From Schizochytrium sp. TIO01 (taxonomy: Eukaryota > Protista > Bigyra: Labyrinthulomycetes), in assembly GCA_004764695.1 (NCBI GenBank), contig SMSO01000032.1, positions 7,782,483-7,846,482 on the forward strand: a stretch of 64,000 nt of DNA, read 5' to 3'. This document shows positions 12,008 through 23,366 of this stretch, piece after piece (within the stretch, counting starts at the first letter, position 1; every line of letters begins with the position of its first letter). The translations under genes were made by a program, and so were the position numbers. The notes beneath the pieces are model-generated. The model saw nothing but the letters and a program-made list of their open reading frames with translations, did no database searches and had not been told where the DNA came from.

Positions 12008-15000
12008 TCAAGAGCTAAAATCTGGGACCCAGTCGGATTCGGATGAAGAAGGCCTAGAGGTACTACTATTTGATTTGCCGTCCTCCTTTTCTTGAAGAGA
12101 TAATTTTGAATCAAGGATTGCCGCAAGACTCTCCTCGTTCGAAGTTGCTTCAGATTTATATGAAGAAACGTAATTATCTTGAGATCCAAAAGGGTCAAAG
12201 TGGGTTTCGGAATCAGCCTCAAAAGGATCTGCATCGGAGGCGATGGCAGAGAATTCATCCTCTTCATTGTCACCATTAATATTTGACACACTGGAGCGAG
12301 CATCAGGTTCATCCTCACTTGCCATAGCAAATGGATCCACAAAACCCAAACTGGGGGATCCAAATGGATCTATGTTGCTACTGTTGGAAGGCGCAGATGG
12401 AGGGGGTTGATCATCAACTCCAAACGGGTTAAATCCCACAGCACCATCACTCGCAGTCTTGCTTTTCTTTCTTGCAAACTCGTCGTCGTCCTCATCGTCG
12501 CCATCTGCAAATTCGAAGCTTACACCCTGCGCAACGCCAGCATCTAGATTTTGAAAAGCACCAAAAGGTTTGAAATCATCATCCATACCATCTCCACAGT
12601 TTGAAGCCCGTGTAGCACTCAAGAACAAACTGCCATCAAAGTCCTCAATTTCTGCTCCAAGACCCTCAGATGTGGGAATTGAGGAAGTCCTTGGACGCAT
12701 CCCTCCAAGAAGGCACTGTTCCACAGCATTGATATCTGAGATTTCACCTTCAAGCAGGGAAGCCCATTCCTCGTTATTCTCAATGGCATCCAGAGCTGGC
12801 CAGGAAGAGGGATTAATGCTGGTCTGGTCGGAAGAGGTCTCGCCTTTCAAGTTCCTTTGCTCCCGTTCACTTCGATTTATGGATGCAACAAGCGCCACAG
12901 TATTGACGATGCGATGACAGAACCCAATGTAACCACGCTGACCACATGAACGTACAGTTCCCCGAACTTCAGATGTTCGCTTCTCGTCTAAAGCAGCCCA
13001 GAATTTCTCTGTTTCGCCGACACTTTCACGGTTTTCTCCATAGGCTTGCAAAAGTCGTTGAACAAGCTTGCATTGTTGGAAAATGTGATGCTGGAGTGCT
13101 ACCAAAGCCAAATTGGCAGCGTGCTGCTCGCGAGCAAGCTCTTCTTGGCGAAGACGCATATGCTCTTCACTCATTTCCACAACAGTAGAACTTTCTCCGG
13201 TCTTGATCGTGATCCCTTCGCGGCGACCAAAGAAGGATTCTGCACCATCAATGTCTTCATCTTCCTGTGCAGAATCTTCACTGCCGTCATCAAAGCCTAT
13301 TGACTCTTCCGAGACTCCACCACGAAGGCAAAATTGCAAGGTTCGCTCTACCACCGAGTGCAGACAGTTGTTCCATTCAAACTGGAAAAACAGATCAAGG
13401 CAAATATCCAGAGGATGCCCCGGGCAGGCAATAACACGAGCGATTGCGTCAGGATACTTAGTGTGAACAAGCATGCAGGTTAATTCAACAATTCGAAGAC
13501 GGTGCATACCCAGCACACGCTCTGCACGTTCTTTCGAAATACCAAAAAGCTCTGCATGACGATCTGGAAGAAGGCACTTGGTGAGGTCACCAAGGCGATT
13601 CAAGATAGCATCCAATTCTTCGGGAAGGTCACTATGCTTTTCCACTGTTGTAACGTGGCTCTCACCTGTCTGAATTTTCATAGCAGAGCTAGGCTCAGAC
13701 CACCTCTCCAGGGCAAAAGCGCTAACCAGATGTGTTAGCACTTGTAAGCTGGCCACTGACGCAGATCCACGTTCGACTGTTCTCAAAAGAAGATTGCCCT
13801 CATCTTCATCTTCACTTGCTCCGATGACTTCATCACTTTGGCTCGCAACTTCCTGCCCGGCAGGCGTGCCAGAAGCTGGCTCGAAAAGAGCAACGCTCAA
13901 TAGTTCTTTGCATAGCTCCAAGGTCCACTCAACACCAGACTCAATGATGGCTGTTTCGGCACTAGCACCTTTACCCTTGTCTTCAAGAACGAATGCGCTG
14001 AATGTAGGCAGGTCATCTGCTACGAGAACTGGTGCTGGCACTGACATACCAGCCTCTTCAAGCCCATTTATACCATCGATACCTCCAGACATGGAGGGAG
14101 ATTGGTAATCCTCCTCGTCAACATGCTGAAGTGCCAGGCGAGCCATAGCTGCGCGATGAATCATGTCTGCGAGGAGCTCTGCAGCATTGTTGTGGGAATC
14201 AGAATTGTCACTCGCAGCAAGGGTGTTTAAAACAGCTTGAGCAGCGCCACGCCCGCCCAACCAGACGGAGCGGACATCGCGCATCAAAGCATTGCGCTCA
14301 TCCTCATCGCACTCATCGCGGCCATCTAAGTCGCCAATTTGCTTTGGAAGAGGATCAATTATAGACTGACCGTATCCAGGAAGAGAGCCATCTTCATCGT
14401 CGTCATCTGCCTCGCCGAGCGCATTTTCATCAGCAGCAACTTGCAAGAGAGACTTGAAACAGCACATCACTGAGTACGAATCAATGTGCTTGAGGAGTTT
14501 TGGCATGAGCCAGCCAATCTCGTCGATGCCATCCTCGCACCCGGCAGTAGAGATGTCGACATTCCGGTAAATCGAAAACCAAAGAATTTTCTCCGGAGCA
14601 CGCGTTAGAAGTGCTGTAAGAATCTTGAAAAAATAACCTGCCAGTCTTGAGTCAAGAGGCGGATCTTGGTCGAGAAGAGAAAAAAACTTGGAGAGTAAGT
14701 CCGCACTGTTAACTATCGGCTCGATAATTTGGGTCAGGCTGCAGCATATGATTTCACATGCTATAAAGGGAAAGCGCATCAGCCGCTCCTCATGAAGCTC
14801 CTCTGCTTCTTCCTGGGGGCTTGGCTCATTGCTATGCTCATCATCTACAACAAGTGAGGCTGCTGCAGCCGCAGCTGCCTCAGCGTGAGCAGAGGCATGG
14901 GCGTTAGCAATGTCAATAGAGCTTATTTGTGCGTCCTTTTCTGCTGCATTTCCAATGTCAAACGCACTAGAGGATACGGACTCCTCTTTCGATGCTGACT

Positions 15001-15343
15001 GCGAAGTATCTATACCATTGGCGACTTCATCTGCGTCACTAGCTGAGGCAAGAGCCTTCGATGGGTCACCTTCTCTTACAAGACGGTTGAAAGTCTTCAT
15101 GTCGGTACAAGCGACATAACATAGAAGTCGTTCAAGAGTTTGAGGCTCTTTGAGAAAATCTACAAGCTTTTCATTTACAGCCTTGGTTTCCTGGATTGCG
15201 GTGTCTTCATCGAGAATATCCTCCAAAGTGAAGTTTTCCTTTGAAAGGATGTCCTCAATAGGGCTTCCGAAGATTGCTATTCCTTGGCCTTGCGCCCAAA
15301 ACGTCCCCGACGAAAAGGAGTCGAGCCCACCCGAGGAGTACAT
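12008..15343 (-). CDS. SAPS-domain protein (SIT4-associated / PP6 regulatory subunit)
   Basis: N-terminal FW...SPIEDIL..ENFTLEDILDED.AIQE.K..NEKLVDFL, RFPFIACEI, LAGYFFKI, LGMHRLRIVEL, LDLFFQFEWNNCLH and RGYIGF are SAPS family motifs; acidic low-complexity tail. Confidence 0.9.
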   Translation of the reverse strand: MYSSGGLDSFSSGTFWAQGQGIAIFGSPIEDILSKENFTLEDILDEDTAIQETKAVNEKLVDFLKEPQTLERLLCYVACTDMKTFNRLVREGDPSKALASASDADEVANGIDTSQSASKEESVSSSAFDIGNAAEKDAQISSIDIANAHASAHAEAAAAAAASLVVDDEHSNEPSPQEEAEELHEERLMRFPFIACEIICCSLTQIIEPIVNSADLLSKFFSLLDQDPPLDSRLAGYFFKILTALLTRAPEKILWFSIYRNVDISTAGCEDGIDEIGWLMPKLLKHIDSYSVMCCFKSLLQVAADENALGEADDDDEDGSLPGYGQSIIDPLPKQIGDLDGRDECDEDERNALMRDVRSVWLGGRGAAQAVLNTLAASDNSDSHNNAAELLADMIHRAAMARLALQHVDEEDYQSPSMSGGIDGINGLEEAGMSVPAPVLVADDLPTFSAFVLEDKGKGASAETAIIESGVEWTLELCKELLSVALFEPASGTPAGQEVASQSDEVIGASEDEDEGNLLLRTVERGSASVASLQVLTHLVSAFALERWSEPSSAMKIQTGESHVTTVEKHSDLPEELDAILNRLGDLTKCLLPDRHAELFGISKERAERVLGMHRLRIVELTCMLVHTKYPDAIARVIACPGHPLDICLDLFFQFEWNNCLHSVVERTLQFCLRGGVSEESIGFDDGSEDSAQEDEDIDGAESFFGRREGITIKTGESSTVVEMSEEHMRLRQEELAREQHAANLALVALQHHIFQQCKLVQRLLQAYGENRESVGETEKFWAALDEKRTSEVRGTVRSCGQRGYIGFCHRIVNTVALVASINRSEREQRNLKGETSSDQTSINPSSWPALDAIENNEEWASLLEGEISDINAVEQCLLGGMRPRTSSIPTSEGLGAEIEDFDGSLFLSATRASNCGDGMDDDFKPFGAFQNLDAGVAQGVSFEFADGDDEDDDEFARKKSKTASDGAVGFNPFGVDDQPPPSAPSNSSNIDPFGSPSLGFVDPFAMASEDEPDARSSVSNINGDNEEDEFSAIASDADPFEADSETHFDPFGSQDNYVSSYKSEATSNEESLAAILDSKLSLQEKEDGKSNSSTSRPSSSESDWVPDFSS

Positions 15344-16099
15344 GTTGTGCGTAATGGCTGATAGTCGGACCTTATAGACTGCTCCAATCGGATTGGGTTT
15401 ATTACGGGCTCACAAACACCTTCCCTCCCCGTGGTATCTATATATTGAAGAGAGAGTAAACTGCTGCTTATTTGCTCGCCTGGCCACCTCCTTTGGCTAG
15501 TTGTTATGCAGTATGAGAGTGACGGACCTGGTTCAACTATCAGTATCTATGACTCTTCTCTCCTCTTTTCGTACTATCTGGCTCGTTAATGAACTGTCTG
15601 TTTGTGTCTCAGTCAGCTAAAGGATTTTGCCAGCCAAATTATTGTTGTTATTATTGTTGTTATTGCCTGTGGCACTCTGCGCTTGTTGCCACAGCCTAGA
15701 AACTCTCTGTTCTCCCTTGAACTGATCTTGCTTCTTTCTGAAAGCTTGTATATCGGCTGGTCGCACCCTCTTCGTCTTGCTCTCCTCGTTTGCTCTCCTC
15801 AATTTTCTTCTCCCTTTCCTTCTCCTGCTGCTAGCGCTGCTGCTGGTGCAGCTTCTGGACAGCGCAGGAAACCAGTTGACGATGTGGAGATAGAATGAGT
15901 ACTGTCAGCCTAGCTCGCCACTGGCGGCAAGTTTGCCCGGTTTAGCGTCACTGTAGCCCACGAGCGATATGTTTCCGCACGTGGTGAGAAGATGATGCGG
16001 AGACCTCTCGAACGCACCACGTGCGTACGGTCAGGTCTTGGGCTTTGAAGAAGTAGCAATGTATCGACTAGGTATCTATCTCCCTCACGCTTTATCTAT

Positions 16100-16420
16100 G
16101 TCTCATGTCTCTCTCTCTATCTCGCTATCTGCCTCTCCTCTCTTTCTTCTCCTACTACTGCTCTTCTTCTTCTTCTTCTTCTTCTTTCTCTCTTTCTCTC
16201 TTTCTCCTTTTCTCTTTCTCTCTTTAGTCTCTTTCTCCTTTTCTCCTACTTCTCTTTAGTCTCTCTCTCTCTATATAGCAGACAGACAGACAGACAGAGG
16301 CTCTCCCTTTTCTCTTTTCAAAGTTTTCTTCTTCTCCTTCTTCTTCTTCTTCTTCTCCTTCTCCTTCTTCTTCCCCCTTGTTCTTCTTGTTCTTTTGTTC
16401 AACTACATTCTCTCTTCTTA
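16100..16420. repeat. CT/CTT-rich low-complexity tract upstream of the SAPS gene
   Basis: (CTT)n, (CT)n and (GACA)n runs visible. Confidence 0.85.
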
Positions 16421-18732
16421 CCATGGACGGTAGGTTGTCCCTATATACTTTCTACTATTTTTCAATTCATCTCCCATTCAGGTTACCTACTCTGTAGTAA
16501 GTTAACACATATAGTTAGTACTACTAGGGTATCTCATTCTTATCAGGCACCTTCCTACCTACCTACTAGTTGTTTCTAACCTATCTGTTACACTTATGCC
16601 ACTCTTGTCAACCTCTGAGAAAAGAGCTAGTCGGAGTTAATAAGGTATATGTAATAAGCTAGAACCTTCTAGCACCTTGGCTGAAAACCAAAGACAAAAT
16701 AATCATCACTCATTACTATTCCACATTGCTTGAGTTTTTGCTTTCACCTAAGTAAAAGGATTTAGGTACCTGCAACCCAAGTGGTGATGCTTTTGACATG
16801 CTGGAATATTATTTATCACTTGAACGGAGCGCCTCATGATATCCTTGAGCACCTACTGGGCCTGTATATTATTCTTAGTATTGAGGATAGAAAGCGACAG
16901 ACTACTTGCTGAGTATGCAGGCAGTAGCACCTAAACCACGACTAGTACTTGCTCAATAGTGAGTAATAGCGACTACTATCAGGAGCGTAGGTAAGTACTA
17001 CAGCATATCTAGGCCAACCTGTTCAGCGAGGAGACAGCCCTCCAATGCTTGTGTCTGTTCTGATTGTTTGAAGTCACGAACTTTATGAATTATCTGATCA
17101 CAGTGGTCCATGCTAGATAACGAGTAAAAAAAAATCAGAAAGCTTTGCAACGCGTCTCAACATTGACCTCGAACGTAGGAGTTTTTATTTTCTAGGACAA
17201 TTTAGTATTATTGGTTCTTCTTTTCACAGGTACTACCTAAGCTATTTATTGTTCTGTTCTTATTTCTAGGATGCTATTTGTGCTGTATTGCAAGTAGTAG
17301 ATAGGGTATACACTACCACATTCCTACCGTGACGTAGCGAGTAGGACTGCTGCATCATCACTTGCTAAATAAGAGACTATCGAGATACATCAGATACCTG
17401 GCTAGGTATCTACTAGGTTAGGAGAAAAACATTGGCCTCTAATACTATCATATTATATTATTGATGCTGGCGAAACGATCATTACATTGAACACACTCAG
17501 TGATACCGTACTGCTTCTCATAGTCGCTCTGGGCCTTCTCCAAGATTGCCTGGGGAGGGGACTTCATCTGGCAAAGCAATACATACATACCTTGTCATCC
17601 TATGACTATAAAATATTTTATGCCTAGCTAGAGTTAGGGATAATGAGTTTTAAAAAACCATTTTTTAAACTAACTCTTTTACAATGGGTAAAAAACTAAA
17701 GCCAAAGAGCACTCATTAGAATAGATTACCATAACAAGAATCACAGGGAACGGGCTTGAAGGCAAAGCAACACCGGTACTAGATTAATGTTGGAAAACAG
17801 ACTTCCTTGTCAAGATGCGGTAGTGCACAGAATGAATTATTTTCAGGTTGATTCAACCTTGCAAATATTACAAACAAGATTCTGAGGTTGTTGAACATCC
17901 GGCCATATTACTCGAACTTGCACGAATCTCAACCATAATCCAGCGGAGTTAGATTTTGCAGACAAGTACAGAGCTACAGCCATTGGGTGTTGTTTACAAT
18001 GATAGGATATTCTGCGAAGAAAGTTAGAAAAAGCTTGTATGCCACTGCAAAACAGAGCAGTCAGTGTTGACTTCTCCCTGAGAGTAAATCTGGTCTATTC
18101 ATATTAAGAACTCTGATATAAAAGAGCTACACGCATGTGTGTTTGTTCGACATGGTATAAACATTATCTTTCGGACTCTGTGCCGAACTGTTAGAATGCA
18201 AAAGAAAGCATCGGATTTAGCAGATATGGTTCGTTTGATGTCCAAGAATTTAAAAGTTTAGGATTTAATTCTGGTGTGTATGAGGTTGCATAAGTCGTTC
18301 GTCGGAGAAGTTCGTTGGTTGCTTGAATGTATTCTTCTTTGTAAAGGAGGAGGTCCAGGAAAATGAATAGACGAGGTTGTTGGATGGTTCGATCTGTTTG
18401 CATAATACAAGCACAGCTAGGAACACTTGATGTTGCATCGTGAAGAAAAAAAGCAGAGTTTGTCGCAAAGGTGGCAGCGTTTAGATGCGCATCAAATGGT
18501 GTGTGACCTAGGATTATAAAAGGGAAAAGCATAGAGGGAGAGACAGCTCGCGTGGGATCGCAAGCAAGGTAATAGATTTACGTACGGAGTTTCGCATTTG
18601 TGTGTCATGCAGTGCCCGAAGGCACGCCCAAAGTTACGTCAAAAGCCCATTCGGTCATCGGCGAATTGCGCATTAAAGCGCAAGATAAGAACGCGTGTTT
18701 GTGTGATTGTGTGCTGTGATTTATGAATAATC

Positions 18733-21228
18733 TTATTGCTGATTGACGTTGGTTGCTGTAGCTAATAGCTGCTGCAGCCCAGCGGTGAGGATATCTTGGC
18801 GGTGGCGAAGCTGGGTGTTTTCCTGCTCAAGGCGGGCACAGAGGGTCTCTAGATGACGTACACGTGCATGCAAGTCTGATAAGGGCTCGTTGCTTGTAAT
18901 TGCACCCGACGATGTTGCCGAAGTTTTATTAGACAGCACCGGCTCACGCGTAGAGGATGACGAGGCTGGAGACCCATCGTGTTGTGCCCAAGCAGTAGGC
19001 GCGGAAAGGTCACCAGGGTGGCCTGTTCCACTCGAAGAAGAGACTCCAGTGTTCCACGCATCGGAAGTAGAGAATTGAGTATCACCAAATCCATTAGCAT
19101 CGGAGAAGAAAACGCCAGCATCGGCAGCTGAGGATACAGATGCCCGAGGAAGGGCAGAAGAGGCAGCACCTGGTGGGACTACAGCAGTAGCAGATGTACC
19201 CGGGGTTGAGTTTGTGAAGAATAGACTACTGTTGCGATCGCGGACAGTATCCCATGGCGCAGGCGGCGCATCAGTGGACTGTGGATCAAAAGCCAAGCTG
19301 CTTGTACGGCTGCGGGTATCAAATGCAGCATCTAAGAAGTCACTTCCGACCAGAGTAGACTGGCGTGAGCGCGTGGAGGTCTCAAATGGCGCGTTTTCAT
19401 GGCGGATATCTCGATCAGCCGTTTGGGGGCGGTCTTTAAAGTGAACTTGCGGCGAGGGAGTCATAAAGGAGGATGTGCGGCCGCGTGCAGACTTGGGTGT
19501 AGAAGGCTCATTTGGTACAGGCCCAATTCCAGGGGTCACCCAGTACATGGCGCTGCTAGCTGCTCCAAACGCAGAATCATCCCAACTGTTTGAGGACGTG
19601 GCACCTGCGGTTCCGCCAGCACTATGAAGACTAGGGGTTACGCCAACTAGGCCTGTACCTAGATGGTTTGAGCCAGTCAGTGAATGGCTTGTCGTTGCAA
19701 ATGTCTCGGTATCATGTGACAAAGCAGATGCATCAATTGGAACAGAGTTATCTTCAAATGCGTCTTGCCCAGGATCAAGATCTGGTTCATTCTCAACAAT
19801 GTCAGCGTCAGCGGAACCAGTGCCTGTGGATACAGAAGACGCAGACCCATCTGCAGAGCGTGCAGATATGCTGGAAGATGCAGGAAGGTTGATCTGTTTG
19901 CTACTATTGCTAAGGCTTTCCGTTACATGGGCCAATGCGTCTGGATGGGCCCAGGCGTTAGGGACCTCAGCTGTGGCACCAGTGGTCGAGGATGCCATGC
20001 TCACGGCGGGGGCTCCTGCTACTGAAGAGGATGCATGTGCAGTTGTCGTTGATGAGGACCCATCCAAGTTTGGTGTGATGGATGCCGAGTCTGTGGCGTC
20101 GCTTGTTTCGAATTCATTGTTGACAGAGTCTAGCGTGGCGGTCAGCACTTTTGCGGCTGAGATTGGCATGCGTGGCTGGCCGTTCTCGGCACTTGTGTTA
20201 CTCAGCATGTTGCTGTTGCTGCTATTGTTGTTATTGGTGATAATGTTCGATGCGGTTGTAGATGAGGTCGTAGATTCACCATCGTTCCCTACGGGGGAGA
20301 GGTCTCCAAGGCCGTTTCCATTGATGCTCCCGCTAGTTGAGGCTGCGTCGTCAGAGGCCTCCGAATTCTGATCAGCGACATTCTGAATTAGCCGCTGGAA
20401 GAAGCGTGGACGGTTGAGAACCCCTCCTCGATTCCCAGCACAGATTCGCTTGTTAGCGTTGAAAGCTTGAACAGCTTTTACTGCCAAGGGAGGAGTCAGA
20501 CGCTGTAGAGCTAAACATACTTCAGGTGTGAAGTCTGAGGGCATACAGTGTCCCACGAGACAGAACTCACCGATGAGGAGCATGAGTTCGCTCGGCATTC
20601 CGAGGAGGTCTGCAGATCCACCTGGCAGACTGGCGGCGGCGCGAGACTTGTCCCAGTGCAGTTCTTGGCCACGAAGGATGCCCATAAGGTAGGCAGGGCG
20701 ATTTAGGATGCGAGAGGAGACCGAGCTGGCAAAGTGCTCGATTGCCTGCAATGCTTGGAGGAAGCTGATGCGTTGAAGGGCTTCACGCGCAGAGGCATCA
20801 AAGTCAGATTTCTGGCATTGTTCATTCGAGGCACATTTCTTTTCGATGTATTCGTCTAGCATGCTGTGAAGTCGCTGGCGAGTTTCTGGGTCGAACATTT
20901 GCGTCTCGTTTTCGGGCTCTCCTCCGCGAGAGTCCATTCCTCTTCCGTTGCTCTGGTTGCGTCGAGTGTTGCGTCCATTTGTGGCCCCTGGGCCTGCGCC
21001 TGCGCCTGCGCCTGCGCCTGCGCCTGCGCCTCCGTTCGCTGCGGCTCCTCCAGAAGTATTGCTACGACCACTGCTTGTATTTGCACTGCGTCTTGCTTGG
21101 CCCCCCTCAGAAGACTTTCCTCCTCCACGACTACGCCCAGGTTCTCTCCGCGCGGGAACAGTTTCCCATCCTTCTGTTGATGGCGCTCGCGAGCCGCGAC
21201 GGCCCTGCGTGGACGTCGCGCCCTGCAT
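18733..21228 (-). CDS. Protein with two tandem hnRNP Q acidic (NURR)-like domains, long S/A/T-rich disordered region and C-terminal coiled coil
   Basis: 831-aa ORF. SDFDASAREALQRISFLQALQAIEHFASSVSSRILNRPAYLMGILR aligns by eye to hnRNP Q SDLDERAIEALKEFNEDGALAVLQQFKDSDLSHVQNKSAFLCGVMK. A second copy reads SDFTPEVCLALQRLTPPLAVKAVQAF...VLNRPRFFQRLI. Heptad LHARVRHLETLCARLEQENTQL at the C-terminus. Confidence 0.7.
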   Translation of the reverse strand: MQGATSTQGRRGSRAPSTEGWETVPARREPGRSRGGGKSSEGGQARRSANTSSGRSNTSGGAAANGGAGAGAGAGAGAGPGATNGRNTRRNQSNGRGMDSRGGEPENETQMFDPETRQRLHSMLDEYIEKKCASNEQCQKSDFDASAREALQRISFLQALQAIEHFASSVSSRILNRPAYLMGILRGQELHWDKSRAAASLPGGSADLLGMPSELMLLIGEFCLVGHCMPSDFTPEVCLALQRLTPPLAVKAVQAFNANKRICAGNRGGVLNRPRFFQRLIQNVADQNSEASDDAASTSGSINGNGLGDLSPVGNDGESTTSSTTASNIITNNNNSSNSNMLSNTSAENGQPRMPISAAKVLTATLDSVNNEFETSDATDSASITPNLDGSSSTTTAHASSSVAGAPAVSMASSTTGATAEVPNAWAHPDALAHVTESLSNSSKQINLPASSSISARSADGSASSVSTGTGSADADIVENEPDLDPGQDAFEDNSVPIDASALSHDTETFATTSHSLTGSNHLGTGLVGVTPSLHSAGGTAGATSSNSWDDSAFGAASSAMYWVTPGIGPVPNEPSTPKSARGRTSSFMTPSPQVHFKDRPQTADRDIRHENAPFETSTRSRQSTLVGSDFLDAAFDTRSRTSSLAFDPQSTDAPPAPWDTVRDRNSSLFFTNSTPGTSATAVVPPGAASSALPRASVSSAADAGVFFSDANGFGDTQFSTSDAWNTGVSSSSGTGHPGDLSAPTAWAQHDGSPASSSSTREPVLSNKTSATSSGAITSNEPLSDLHARVRHLETLCARLEQENTQLRHRQDILTAGLQQLLATATNVNQQ

Positions 21229-21300
21229 GAGTCTCGCTCACTCGCTCGCGTTCTAGCCAGCCAGCCAGCTTGCTCTTGTTTTTTCGACTGCTTTCAAGCT

Positions 21301-21380
21301 TTTCTATGCTTTTCTTTGCCTTTCTTTGCTTTTCTTTGCTTTTCTTTGCTTTTCTTTGCCTTTCTTTGCCTTTCTTTGTA
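21301..21380. repeat. 8-copy decamer tandem repeat (tttctttgcY)
   Basis: tttctatgct tttctttgcc tttctttgct ... tttctttgta, about 70 bp upstream of the NURR-protein ATG. Confidence 0.85.
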
Positions 21381-21598
21381 TACCTCTCTCTGCCTTTCTG
21401 CTTTCTCTGCTTCCCTAGTGACTACATAATCACACATAGCTAATTCATACATTCCTTCGCTTTTCTTTGCCCTTTCATCTATAGGTAGAAGAACTCTTTT
21501 CTTTCAACTTGCTTTCTTTACCTAAGTTTTAATTAAGAAGGTACTAAACTGCTGCTTTCTCAAGTTATTGATTTTCACAGATCTCTTTCTATCACGGC

Positions 21599-21790
<192 letters not shown>

Positions 21791-21974
21791 GCTTAGCGTA
21801 ATATACTTACCTACTTATGCCATAGTATGGCTCTATCGCGTACCAGCTAACTAACCTGCTTTTTTCTATACTTGCTTGCTAGGAGGATACCTATTGTTCC
21901 TTTCGCAGACGTATTCTTCTTGACCTCTAGGTATTCACGCATTCGTTCGCTCACCCATTCATATTGCTCTCTCA

Positions 21975-22221
<247 letters not shown>

Positions 22222-23164
22222 TCCCTCCACATTAGGCCACTTACCTGGCTACATACTTACTTACCTATACAGGTACTGAGTTAAGATCTTTTAACTTGGT
22301 TTAAAAACTCAAGCCAAAACAGTCACTCATGTAGTACTTATATAGCTTTGTTTATGTGGGTAGTCAAAGTTAGACAAAAGCTAGGGTGCCCACCTATTTA
22401 GGTTCATCTGTTCTTGGTTAAAGCAAGTAAATAATTAGAATTAGGCCCCTAACTGGTTTTGCTCACTCATACTACACCTATAGACTAGCTCTAAATATAT
22501 ATTGGCTATTTAAAATTGATTATAAATGCTTAGCCTAGATGTTTTCTTTCAAATTTCGAAGTTTCTTTTCCTCTCAACCCATTAAAATTTTAGAACTCTT
22601 TGTTAAAATTTTAAGCTCCGTGATGGTTGGGCCTCCGCCTAGCTACTATATGTGTGAATCATGGTGTTTAAGAACAGGCATATTACTATACATAGCTCGC
22701 CTCTGTCCTCTCCTCATTTTCAGCATTCATGACACTGCCCTTTGCTGCAAGTTTTGTTCCTTTCTTCTTGTGTTCGCCTACTCCATACCTCTAGAGACGA
22801 AAACCCTTTTTTAAAACAAAAATTAAAACAACATTTACTAATAGGACTGACTACCTATGCTACCTACACACATAATGAAATGGCGGAGTGTTTATTCATT
22901 CATTCATTCACAGTATGAGTGATTAGATGTGATCTAGAAGACACTCTCTCTGCATACATAAAGAAGCCATCGCACCAACCTACAACTTAGTTACCTTCTA
23001 CTAGTATGCAGTTTCTTATCGCTGGATGGAAAGCAAAGATACTAAGTACTTACTTAACCTCTACTACTCCTTATATTAATAATGTTAATTGGCTTATGAC
23101 TCGAATATAGGCTCAGTCTATAGTTAATTAGCACTTTCGTGCGTTTACGTATTATGTAGCTGTT

Positions 23165-23195
<31 letters not shown>

Positions 23196-23366
23196 CTGTC
23201 CGTCTGTCTGTCTGTCTGTCTTTCTGTCTGTCTGTCTGTCTGTCTGTATGTATGTATGTATGTATGTATGTATGTATGTATGTATGTATGTATGTATGTA
23301 TGTATGTATGTATGTATGTATGTATGTATGTATGTATGTTGTACGTATGTATGTACGTATGTATGT
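23165..23366. repeat. Compound (TCTG)n-(TATG)n microsatellite
   Basis: Directly visible. Confidence 0.95.

Noticed and set aside
18588-18612. Short resemblance to U6 snRNA 3' region or a hammerhead core on the minus strand
   Set aside because: No ACAGAGA box or U6 stem; ctgcatga...cgaaac lacks CUGANGA and a proper stem II.
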